Source: Pseudomonadota bacterium (GTDB taxonomy: Bacteria > Bdellovibrionota > FAC87 > UBA2466). From it: 16,145 bases of DNA. Positions 1-7,598 of the stretch are shown piece by piece. The number at the start of each line of letters is the position of its first letter. Position 1 is the first letter of the stretch. The notes beneath the pieces are model-generated. The model was not told the DNA's origin, did no database searches, and was given only the letters and a program-made list of their open reading frames with translations. The position numbers and the translations under genes were made by a program. The stretch lies in NCBI GenBank assembly GCA_043767805.1, contig JAYUGC010000044.1:1-16145 (forward strand), in the 5' to 3' direction.

Positions 1-1
1 T

Positions 2-898
2 CTCACCCCCGAGCAGCAAAGAAAGCTCGAAGGCGATTTCAATGCGGCCATTCAGGCCGCCCAGCAGAATCAGTATGAGAGTGCGGTCGAGTATCTGCGC
101 CGCATCCACTCGGTCTTGCCCTACTATAAGAACTCTCTCGAGCTCCAAGACCAGTACCTGAAGATCGTCAAAGATCGCCAGGTCGTGGACGCGCAAAAGC
201 GCGCGAAAGACGACGAGAAGCAAGACTTGCAGCTCTATCTCGAAGAAGGCTTGGACTACTTGAAGGGTGGCGACTTTGAGCGCGCCGCCGAAGCGTTCAA
301 CTCCGCCATCGTCATCGACCCGGCGAATCCCACAGCCATCCGGGGCCTCAAGGCCGCCGAGTTCAAGGTGAAGAGCCTCGACGAGATCCCGGCTGAGAAA
401 GACGACGAGCAGGAGAAGCGCAAAGTCGTGAGCGAGCTCTTTCAGCGCGCCGTTTCCGCTTTCACCAACAAGAGTTACCAGGAAGCCATCGATACGGCGG
501 AGAAGATCCGTAAAATCGAGCTTCGCGGCGATACCCAGTATCTAAACGAAGCGAAGCAGATCATCGATCGCGCCCGCATGCTCCAAAAAGAAGAGTTCGA
601 GCCTTTCCTCATCCAAGCGAAGGAAAAATACGCCGAAGGGGATTACAACGCGTCTCGCGATCTTTGCGAAGAGATGCTTAAACGCGACGGCTCTTACGAC
701 GAGGCCATCGAGCTACTCACGAAATCGAAGAAACAGCTCTATCGTCTCGCTAAAGAGGCTTACACGTACGGTTACATCCTGGAGAGCATGAACCGTATCG
801 AAGAAGCGAAGCAGTATTGGAACCGGGCGAAGAACTACGTGCGCCCCGGCGATGAGTACTACTCGAAGATTACGAAGAAGCTCGACTCTTACCAGTAA
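2..898 (+). CDS. Tetratricopeptide-repeat (TPR) protein, 5'-truncated by window edge
   Basis: The frame is open from base 2 (LTPEQQRKLEGDFNAAIQAA...) to TAA at 896-898, so the ORF-track start at 116 is internal. Several TPR-like helix pairs are present, e.g. EEGLDYLKGGDFERAAEAFNSAIVIDPAN, AKEKYAEGDYNASRDLCEEML and YGYILESMNRIEEAKQYWNRA. Confidence 0.85.
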   Translation, partial: LTPEQQRKLEGDFNAAIQAAQQNQYESAVEYLRRIHSVLPYYKNSLELQDQYLKIVKDRQVVDAQKRAKDDEKQDLQLYLEEGLDYLKGGDFERAAEAFNSAIVIDPANPTAIRGLKAAEFKVKSLDEIPAEKDDEQEKRKVVSELFQRAVSAFTNKSYQEAIDTAEKIRKIELRGDTQYLNEAKQIIDRARMLQKEEFEPFLIQAKEKYAEGDYNASRDLCEEMLKRDGSYDEAIELLTKSKKQLYRLAKEAYTYGYILESMNRIEEAKQYWNRAKNYVRPGDEYYSKITKKLDSYQ

Positions 899-1973
899 GA
901 CTCAAGGCGCAGAGCCCTGAGCAGCCCGCCAAGAGAAGCCCCATCTCTCCGAGTCCCCAATTCAAAGACAGGAAGGCTCCGTAAGCCAGCGTGCCCGTGA
1001 GGGCCATGAGGCCGTACGCAATGGAGACTGCTCCCGCTCCCGGGAAGGTTTCGCCGAGCCAATCGAGCAGCGAAAGCGCGAGAAACTCGTAGAAGAAAGC
1101 GGCCGCAACGACGAGTAAGAGACCAGCCAGGCGATCTTCCGTGGGAAGAAAGAAGTAACCCATCGCCATGAAGAGTAAGCAAAGCACGACGGCGACGCCG
1201 AAGGGAAGGGCCGCGCCCTTCTTGCTTCTGAGCTCACTCCAAAACAGAGATTTCCCCGCGGTCGCGAGGCCGAAGGCGAGGCTGCCGTAAGCGATGGGCG
1301 CGAGCGTCGTTCCCACGTCGAACGCGGCCAGCGGATCGGCCGTACCCAAGTACTTGGAAAGCATCTGGGTCAAAATCTGCACGCAGAGAGTAAGCCCAAC
1401 GAGACAAAGCGCCGCCCAAGCCGCGCCCCAGCCCAAATGCGATTTTTTCGACGAGTCGGTGCCCCGTTCGGCGGGAGTGAGCTTTCCGGCGGCCACGAGA
1501 TCGAGCGCTCCGGCCACGCCAAAGGCGAGGGCCGCAATGGGTAAGACGGCTTCGAGTCCGACGCTACCGAGGCGTTGAGCGCCGAGAAGCCCCAAGGTGT
1601 AACCCAACGAGTGCGCGAGCTCTACCCAGGGAAGACGGCCTTCCCGCCCGGCCGCGAGGTCGCTTCGAAAGGCGCGAGACACGAAGCTACAGCTGAACTG
1701 CAGGCAAAGCAGAGCGAAGGCGATTCTCTTATCCCCTCGAAGCGCCCAGGTAAGCGAGAGGGTGAACGCCGCTGAGGCGAGCGTCAGGAAGCCACCTACT
1801 CTCGCGATGCGCTTTCTGAAATTCAAGATGAGGCCGAGAGAAAGGGTCGAGCCGACCAGAAAGGCGAGGATGGAGTCACTGCCGGGACCGAAGGCGAACA
1901 TGCCTTTCGTGAGTAGGGCACTCGAGGCCAACGCGCCCAAAAAGTTCGCCGCGACTAGGAGTTTGAGCAACAC
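870..1973 (-). CDS. Polytopic membrane protein, divergent MFS-like transporter (candidate exporter for the mcc-like locus)
   Basis: 367 aa and very hydrophobic, with about 11-12 TM-like segments split into two halves by a polar loop (KLTPAERGTDSSKKSH). The GTG start lies 9 nt after the upstream gene's stop, suggesting co-transcription. The 3' end overlaps the convergent TPR gene by 29 bp. Confidence 0.65.
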   Translation of the reverse strand: MLLKLLVAANFLGALASSALLTKGMFAFGPGSDSILAFLVGSTLSLGLILNFRKRIARVGGFLTLASAAFTLSLTWALRGDKRIAFALLCLQFSCSFVSRAFRSDLAAGREGRLPWVELAHSLGYTLGLLGAQRLGSVGLEAVLPIAALAFGVAGALDLVAAGKLTPAERGTDSSKKSHLGWGAAWAALCLVGLTLCVQILTQMLSKYLGTADPLAAFDVGTTLAPIAYGSLAFGLATAGKSLFWSELRSKKGAALPFGVAVVLCLLFMAMGYFFLPTEDRLAGLLLVVAAAFFYEFLALSLLDWLGETFPGAGAVSIAYGLMALTGTLAYGAFLSLNWGLGEMGLLLAGCSGLCALSLTGKSRASS

Positions 1974-1982
1974 GGCTAAACC

Positions 1983-3512
1983 TTACTCCGGGAGGCAGGC
2001 GGAAAGCACCGCATACTTGAACGCCTCCTCACCTTCCACGATCACCTGATAGGGGTAATCCGTGGGCGGGCTCTTAACCTCAAAGCCCCGCGCGGAAAGA
2101 AAGCGGGCCAGGGACTCCAGCTCGAACTTGATGATGGAATAGAGCAGGATGCGCTCGCCTTTCGGAATCACCTGCTTGCCGTCCCAGGTGGTGAGCCGGT
2201 GTTTCAGCGTGTAATAGAAGCGGTACACCTGGCCGCGGATGCCTTGGGGGCTCGAGTAATCTTGCGCCGGGATGATGCTCTTGAACTCTTCGGCTTCGGC
2301 GTCGTAGAGAAACTCGCGATTCTTCTCGAGCGGAATGGGATTACCTTCGTCGTCCGTGGAAATGAGAAGCTCCAAGTCGTGCAAAAGATGCCGGGGAGTT
2401 TCCAGCGTGAACGGATCGAGCGTGTACTTTTCTTCGATGGGCGCGCCGTCTTCCTTGGGGCCTTTTCTCCGAAGTACCGAAGCGCCTACCAGGAAAGCGA
2501 GCGGTCTCGCGGTGCTGAAAGCTTCCTTCACGGAAACGAAGAAATCCCATTCGTGGTTCTCGTAATTGCCGATGCAATTGCCGAGAAACGTACAGACGGT
2601 GGGCGCGGGCTTGAAGAAGCCTTCTCCCATTTTCATTCTCGCCTGAGGCAGAATGGATTTCAGACGATAGAGATCGCCAATCACGGGGCAATACTTGAGA
2701 CGTCCCGTGCGCAGATCATCGGGAAAGCGTTCCTGAATGAGCTTCGAGTGGCTCATGAGGAGAATGTCGCTCGAATCGATGGCGAGGTACTCGATCTGCA
2801 AATTGCCTTTGCGCTTGAGTAAGCGTCTCAGAATTTCCGATTCGCCGAGACCTTCGCCGGGGGCGAGGGAAACGAGACAGATGCGGCCTTCGGTGGCGGC
2901 TTCGAAAAGCGTTTCCGGAATGCCATACGCGTCCATGGCTTCCGCTTCATAAATCTTTTTGTCGGCAGCGGTCTTGGTGGAAAAGCTGAGCCACCAGGCG
3001 GCCGCACGGTAGGTGCTATAGAGGCAAGCGAAGGGAAGGCCGCCGCCATCACGGACCAATTCGCGGGCAATGGCGCGCGGATCTTGAAGTCCCGCGCTTT
3101 CTTCGGCCACTCCCACGAGTCTTCCACCGACACTTGCTAACGGCTCGGCGGAGCCATCCGTATCCACTAATTCCATCTTCGACTCGCGGCCGACTTTGAG
3201 CGTCTTCAGCCGGAAGCGGACTTCGCTGCGGGGCAGCGTTTTGGAGAGCTCAGAGAGCGCTACCCGGAGCGTCGGAACCGGTAGAATGCCTCCGCCTTTG
3301 GTGGCTTTCTGAGGGGAGCGCACGGCTTTGCGCTTACGGATGATCTCGTTTATATCCCCATAACTAGCTGGATTTCCTCTTAAATCGAGGAGGGCTAGAA
3401 AGACCACTGAGCGGACCGTGGCGTTGTCGAGTTTCAGGGTATCGCGGAAGTCGAGAGCGCGGTCGCCCAGCCACTTCTGATATGCCGCCCCATCTATGGA
3501 CCACGTTTCCAA
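1983..3512 (-). CDS. Putative N-terminal winged-helix DNA-binding domain fused to an EgtD/EasF-like (Methyltransf_33) SAM-dependent methyltransferase domain
   Basis: C-terminal motifs are collinear with the EgtD family: LPFACLY (cf. LPPKYFY), LVSLAPGEG (cf. LIELGSG), YLAIDSS (cf. YVPIDIS), VIGDL, FLGNCIGNY (cf. FLGSTIGNF), FLVG. The N-terminal ~120 aa has a wHTH-like pattern (VFLALLDLRGNPASYGDINEII...TLRVALSELSKTL followed by a beta wing). TTG start preceded by an AAGGAAGG SD. Confidence 0.7.
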   Translation of the reverse strand: METWSIDGAAYQKWLGDRALDFRDTLKLDNATVRSVVFLALLDLRGNPASYGDINEIIRKRKAVRSPQKATKGGGILPVPTLRVALSELSKTLPRSEVRFRLKTLKVGRESKMELVDTDGSAEPLASVGGRLVGVAEESAGLQDPRAIARELVRDGGGLPFACLYSTYRAAAWWLSFSTKTAADKKIYEAEAMDAYGIPETLFEAATEGRICLVSLAPGEGLGESEILRRLLKRKGNLQIEYLAIDSSDILLMSHSKLIQERFPDDLRTGRLKYCPVIGDLYRLKSILPQARMKMGEGFFKPAPTVCTFLGNCIGNYENHEWDFFVSVKEAFSTARPLAFLVGASVLRRKGPKEDGAPIEEKYTLDPFTLETPRHLLHDLELLISTDDEGNPIPLEKNREFLYDAEAEEFKSIIPAQDYSSPQGIRGQVYRFYYTLKHRLTTWDGKQVIPKGERILLYSIIKFELESLARFLSARGFEVKSPPTDYPYQVIVEGEEAFKYAVLSACLPE

Positions 3513-3621
3513 AGTCTCTAGCCTTCCTTAAAACCACGCCGCCGCGGGCGCGTCTTCTTTATACCTGGCTTTGCCCGGGGTTACCAGGCACGAGGATACA
3601 TATATTCCGTATTTATTCATA

Positions 3622-3637
3622 TTGCATATGTATGCAA
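3622..3637. promoter_or_regulatory. Palindromic operator candidate TTGCATA-TG-TATGCAA in the divergent promoter region
   Basis: Perfect 7-bp inverted repeat with a 2-nt spacer inside an AT-rich island between the divergent genes. GCATATGT is present at 3624-3631 and again at 3682-3689. Confidence 0.55.
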
Positions 3638-3734
3638 CGTTTGTTATCTCTAAAGCAACTGATATGAAAGTCGGGCCGAGAGCATATGTCGGTTTTGGAA
3701 TTCTTCAACGGGACGAAACGCAAGGGGACGCAAC

Positions 3735-3758
3735 ATGAACGATCAGAGCTGGAACTAG
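3735..3758 (+). CDS. mccA: Microcin C-like precursor heptapeptide MNDQSWN
   Basis: ATG AAC GAT CAG AGC TGG AAC TAG with SD AAGGGGA at 3722-3728. It is 7 aa with a C-terminal Asn, like E. coli MccA (MRTGNAN), and lies 23 nt upstream of the mccB-like start. Confidence 0.88.
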   Translation: MNDQSWN

Positions 3759-3781
3759 AGAACGCCCAGTCCGGAGAGAGT

Positions 3782-4852
3782 GTGACGCCGTCCCCACGCA
3801 CGGGGCAATGGATCCTTTCTCCCTATGTCCGAGCCGGCCTGGATGGCGGCATCCTTTTCCTCGGGTTCGGCTCCCTGCAAAAGCAGGTGACCGATAGGCG
3901 GCGCCAGGAGCTGCTCCTCTCCACCTCGCACTTCTGGATGATTCCCTCGACCGTGAATGAGGCGCATGACTATCTCGTGAAACGTGCCGGCGCTTCCGAA
4001 GCTGAGGCCAAAGAGACCATCGATTTTCTTTTGCTGAACCGTTACCTCATTCGGCCCGACGCTTTTAAGTCGACCGATCGGTATGGGCGGCATGCTTTGT
4101 TCTACGCGCTTGCCGGTGCGGATCCTCAAATCGTTCAGGGAAAACTCGCGGCGAGCCACGTGGTCGTTCTTGGATGCGGCGGCATAGGCAATCAGATCGC
4201 CTGTGCCCTTGCCGCGGCGGGCGTGGGTAAGCTCACTCTCATCGATGAGGAGCCAGTCGAGATTTCTACGCTTACCCGACAGTTCGTTTTCGCGGAGAGC
4301 GATCTGGGACAGCCGCGCACGGAAACTTTGCGCCGTGAGCTCTCGCGCAGGGCTTCACAGACGGTGGTCGACATCGTGGACACACCGCTTCGAAAAGACG
4401 AGGACTTCGCGAGTATCCCCGACTGCGATTTGATTGTGGTCTCGGCGGATTCGGGTGGGCTCATGCCGCGTTTGAACGCGCACGCCGTCCGCCGCAAGAT
4501 TGCGTACGTGGATGTGGGCTTCGTGCAGGATGTGGCGGTGTGGGGACCGTTTGTGATTCCCGGCCGTACGGGCTGTCACGCTTGTCATTCGCTCGTTGCG
4601 ACGGAGCCCAAGCCCGGTGATTTGGCGTGGAGCCTCATCCGAGAGATCAACGGCCGCTACCAAGCGCCCGCGTTCGGCGCGGTGAACATGGCGTCCGCCT
4701 CTCATGCTTCGCTTGATTGTCTTCGTTACTTGGGAGGCTTCGGCCAAATCCAATCGCTCAACCAGCGCGTCGGCATCTGGACCCACGACCTGCACATCGA
4801 AACCCAGCCATGTCCCCGCAACCCAGCCTGCTCCGTCTGCTCGTTATCTTAA
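3782..4852 (+). CDS. mccB: MccB-like ThiF/E1-family peptide nucleotidyltransferase (microcin C synthetase homolog)
   Basis: Collinear with E. coli MccB along its whole length: WILSPYVR (cf. YILGRYVK), RYGRHALFY..GADPQIVQGKL, VVVLGCGGIGN, LTRQ, VVSAD, GFVQDVAVWGPFVIPGRTGCHAC, PAFGAVN, SLNQRVGIW, RNPACSVC. Both Zn-binding CxxC motifs are kept. The GTG at 3782 with GGAG SD (3773-3776) gives 356 aa, close to MccB size; the ORF-track start at 3686 would overlap mccA. Confidence 0.9.
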   Translation: MTPSPRTGQWILSPYVRAGLDGGILFLGFGSLQKQVTDRRRQELLLSTSHFWMIPSTVNEAHDYLVKRAGASEAEAKETIDFLLLNRYLIRPDAFKSTDRYGRHALFYALAGADPQIVQGKLAASHVVVLGCGGIGNQIACALAAAGVGKLTLIDEEPVEISTLTRQFVFAESDLGQPRTETLRRELSRRASQTVVDIVDTPLRKDEDFASIPDCDLIVVSADSGGLMPRLNAHAVRRKIAYVDVGFVQDVAVWGPFVIPGRTGCHACHSLVATEPKPGDLAWSLIREINGRYQAPAFGAVNMASASHASLDCLRYLGGFGQIQSLNQRVGIWTHDLHIETQPCPRNPACSVCSLS

Positions 4853-4876
4853 AAGTACTAACTATCTTTTAAGAGA

Positions 4877-6325
4877 CTAGTCGAGGGAGATCCAGACCGA
4901 CTTTACTTGCGTGTAGAGCTCGATCGCGTACTTGCCGAGCTCGCGGCCAAAGCCGCTTTGCTTGAAGCCGCCGAAGGGCGAGGCCGCATCGAAGCAGTTA
5001 AAGCAGTTCACCCAAACGGTGCCGGCTTTGACTTGCTTCGCGAGACGGTGCGCTTTGCCGATGTCGCGCGTCCAGATGCCGGCCGAGAGACCGAACATCG
5101 TGTCGTTGGCCTGACGGACGAGATCTTCGTGGCTCTTGAACGAAATCGCAGACACCACGGGTCCGAAAATTTCTTCGCGGGCAATCGTCATGTCGTTGGT
5201 GACGCCTTCGAACACCGTGGGTTTCAAGAAGTAACCCTTCTCACGAGCCTTCATGCCGCCAGTGACGACTTTCGCGCCTTCCGCTTTGCCTTTTTCGATG
5301 TACCCCAAGATCTTATGGAACTGCTCGGAGGACACCTGCGCGCCCATGCGCGTCTTCGGGTCCATCGGATCGCCGACGACGATCTTTTCCGCGTTGGTTT
5401 TCAGTTTCGCGAGGAACTCGTCGTGCGCGCTTTCTTCGATGAAGAGACGCGAGCCGGCGCAGCAAACTTCGCCTTGGTTGAAGAAGATACCTCGCATGGC
5501 GCCCTGTACGGCCGCATCGAGATCGGCATCGGCGAATACGATGTTCGGGGCTTTACCGCCAAGTTCCAAAGACACACGTTTGAGAGAGAGAGACGCGAGA
5601 CGCATCACTTCTTTGCCGACTTCGGTCGAGCCGGTGAAGGCGACCTTGTCGACTTCGGGATGAGTCGCGAGCGCGGCGCCCGCCGTGGGACCAAAACCGG
5701 GAACGACGTTCAGCACCCCGGGAGGAAGGCCGGCTTCCTGAAAGAGCTCAGCCAGGCGCAAAGCAGAGAGAGGCGTTTGTTCAGCCGGCTTCAAGACGAC
5801 CGTGCAACCGGTCGCAATCGCAGGTCCTAGCTTCCACGCCGCCATGAGGAGCGGGAAGTTCCAGGGAATGATTTGGCCGACCACGCCCGCGGGTTCCCGC
5901 AACGTGTAGTTAAAAAAGTTTCCGTTCACGGGGATGGTGTCGCCGTGAATCTTGTCGGCAAGGCCCGCGTAGTACTCGAAGGTCTCGATGGCGAGCGGGA
6001 GATCCGCGTTCATCGTCTCGTAGATGGGCTTACCGTTATTTAAGGTCTCGAGCTCGGCAAACTCCGTTTTGTGTTTTTCGAGAAGAGCGGCAACGCGGTT
6101 CAGGATGCGGCCGCGCTCGCGGGCAGACATTTTCGGCCAGGCGCCCGACTCGAAAGCGCGGCGGGCGGAGCGGGCGGCGAGGTCGATATCGGCTTTGTCG
6201 CCTTCGGCGCACGTGGCCAGGACGGTTTCCGTCGCGGGGTTGAAAACCTCGAAGGTTTTGCCGCTGCGCGCGTCGCACCATTCGCCATTGATGAAAAGCT
6301 TACCATTCTTAACTTCCTGCGCCAT
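4877..6325 (-). CDS. NAD(P)-dependent aldehyde dehydrogenase
   Basis: Motifs [32 protein letters not shown], catalytic Cys in [19 protein letters not shown] and [13 protein letters not shown]. Confidence 0.97.
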   Translation of the reverse strand: MAQEVKNGKLFINGEWCDARSGKTFEVFNPATETVLATCAEGDKADIDLAARSARRAFESGAWPKMSARERGRILNRVAALLEKHKTEFAELETLNNGKPIYETMNADLPLAIETFEYYAGLADKIHGDTIPVNGNFFNYTLREPAGVVGQIIPWNFPLLMAAWKLGPAIATGCTVVLKPAEQTPLSALRLAELFQEAGLPPGVLNVVPGFGPTAGAALATHPEVDKVAFTGSTEVGKEVMRLASLSLKRVSLELGGKAPNIVFADADLDAAVQGAMRGIFFNQGEVCCAGSRLFIEESAHDEFLAKLKTNAEKIVVGDPMDPKTRMGAQVSSEQFHKILGYIEKGKAEGAKVVTGGMKAREKGYFLKPTVFEGVTNDMTIAREEIFGPVVSAISFKSHEDLVRQANDTMFGLSAGIWTRDIGKAHRLAKQVKAGTVWVNCFNCFDAASPFGGFKQSGFGRELGKYAIELYTQVKSVWISLD

Positions 6326-6339
6326 TGTCTCGACCCCCT

Positions 6340-6466
6340 GCCTGTTAACATTAATGGAGAAGGCCCAAGAGCCTTACCGGCTGGGCTTCTCCGACATTCA
6401 TTCGAATCGTCCTAACTTAGTGATCTCAGGGAAACCCCGTCAATAGCGGCTTTTGGCCTGTTAACA
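6340..6466. promoter_or_regulatory. Divergent promoter region with two GCCTGTTAACA boxes, a stem-loop and a candidate sigma70 promoter for the ALDH gene
   Basis: GCCTGTTAACA occurs at 6340-6350 and 6456-6466 (core palindrome TGTTAACA). Hairpin GGAGAAGGCCC...GGGCTTCTCC at 6356-6392. On the minus strand, TTGACG (6443-6438)-18 nt-TAAGTT. Confidence 0.45.
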
Positions 6467-6566
6467 AGCATTAACGGAAGGCGCGTGCCATTCGATCCCA
6501 CTTGAATCGAAGTAGGTAATCTTGGATATATACCCCCGCTTTTGCCAATCCTCTTTGGAGCCCCTC

Positions 6567-7091
6567 ATGAAAGCTAAATCCCTGCTTTTTTTGACGGTTA
6601 TTGCTGTGCTCGTTGGAAGTTGCGGGCTCAACCCGTTTCCGCCCGTCTCCGGCCCGGGCAATCCGATCACGGGGGGCCAGAAGGCCAAGCTAGTCGTCTT
6701 TGGGGGGGAATGGTGCGGTCAGTGCAAGGGGGACTTACCCTTTTTGCAAAGCTCCCTTCGGCAGCGGCTGGGCGCGGCGGCTAACGATGTTTCGGTGGAG
6801 CTTTGGGTGTCCACGGGCAAGACCCCGAGCGCTCCTCCCTACGTGGGTGGCCCCGAGTACTACCGCGATTTGCTGAAGTTAAATGCGAAGGCCGTCATGG
6901 ATGGCGAGCCCAACAAAAAGCCGGTTCGCTGGCCTAAATTCGTCGAGCTTTTTCCGAACGTCCGCAGAGAGCTTCCCGCCGCTGTCCTTTTTAGGGCGGA
7001 CGGGACCATCTACAAAAAGTTTCCGCCCGGACAAGACACGTTCAATCCCGCAGATATTGTTGCAACCGTCGCCGAAGTTCTGAATAAATAG
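6567..7091 (+). CDS. Thioredoxin-fold lipoprotein (WCGQC)
   Basis: ATG at 6567 with a GGAG SD. Signal peptide and lipobox MKAKSLLFLTVIAVLVGS-C, active site FGGEWCGQC, and a cis-Pro-like ELPAAVLF motif. Confidence 0.8.
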   Translation: MKAKSLLFLTVIAVLVGSCGLNPFPPVSGPGNPITGGQKAKLVVFGGEWCGQCKGDLPFLQSSLRQRLGAAANDVSVELWVSTGKTPSAPPYVGGPEYYRDLLKLNAKAVMDGEPNKKPVRWPKFVELFPNVRRELPAAVLFRADGTIYKKFPPGQDTFNPADIVATVAEVLNK

Positions 7092-7100
7092 GAGTTACCC

Positions 7101-7598
7101 ATGTTTCGTCCTTGGATAATTCTAGGCTCATTACTGTGCTCGTTCGCGTTCGGTAAAACAGCTCCGCTGTTTCATGCGGAGGCTTTGGGCGGCAAGAACG
7201 TATCGCTCGCGGAAACACTGAAGCCCAATCGCGGTGTACTCATTTGCTTCTGGGCCAGCTGGTGCACGCCGTGTATCGAGGAATTGAAGCATGTGGGGGA
7301 GTACGTGAAGGCGCACCCTGAGTTCCCGCTCGATGTGGTGACGGTGAACGTCGACACTTCGGAGACTTCCTCGGATGTCGCGCCCACGGTAAAGCTCTAC
7401 GGAATCAACTTTCCCGTGGTGCTCGATCCGAATCACGAGATCTTCGCCAAGTATCAGTCCGCGAAACAGCTTCCCTTTTCGGTTCTAGTGAATGGCCAAG
7501 GGCAAATGGAAAAAACCTTTCAAGGGTATCAGCCTGACCTTTTCACGCAGATTGACGTTGCACTAAAGGGGAACTCGGATGCAAGCCAGAAGAACTAG
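7101..7598 (+). CDS. TlpA/ResA-family thiol-disulfide oxidoreductase
   Basis: Signal peptide, FWASWCTPCIEEL, VVTVNVD, FPVVLD and LPFSVLVN motifs; AGGAG SD. Confidence 0.92.
   Translation: MFRPWIILGSLLCSFAFGKTAPLFHAEALGGKNVSLAETLKPNRGVLICFWASWCTPCIEELKHVGEYVKAHPEFPLDVVTVNVDTSETSSDVAPTVKLYGINFPVVLDPNHEIFAKYQSAKQLPFSVLVNGQGQMEKTFQGYQPDLFTQIDVALKGNSDASQKN

Noticed and set aside
3664..3738. 24-codon ORF MKVGPRAYVGFGILQRDETQGDAT whose TGA overlaps the mccA ATG
   Set aside because: It has no SD and no C-terminal Asn, so it is not an MccB substrate. The ATGA overlap is easily coincidental.
3686..3781. 32-aa N-terminal extension of MccB (possible fused precursor or leader)
   Set aside because: Homology to MccB begins only at WILSPY. 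The ATG at 3686 has no good SD, the GTG at 3782 does, and the extension overlaps the mccA micro-ORF in another frame.
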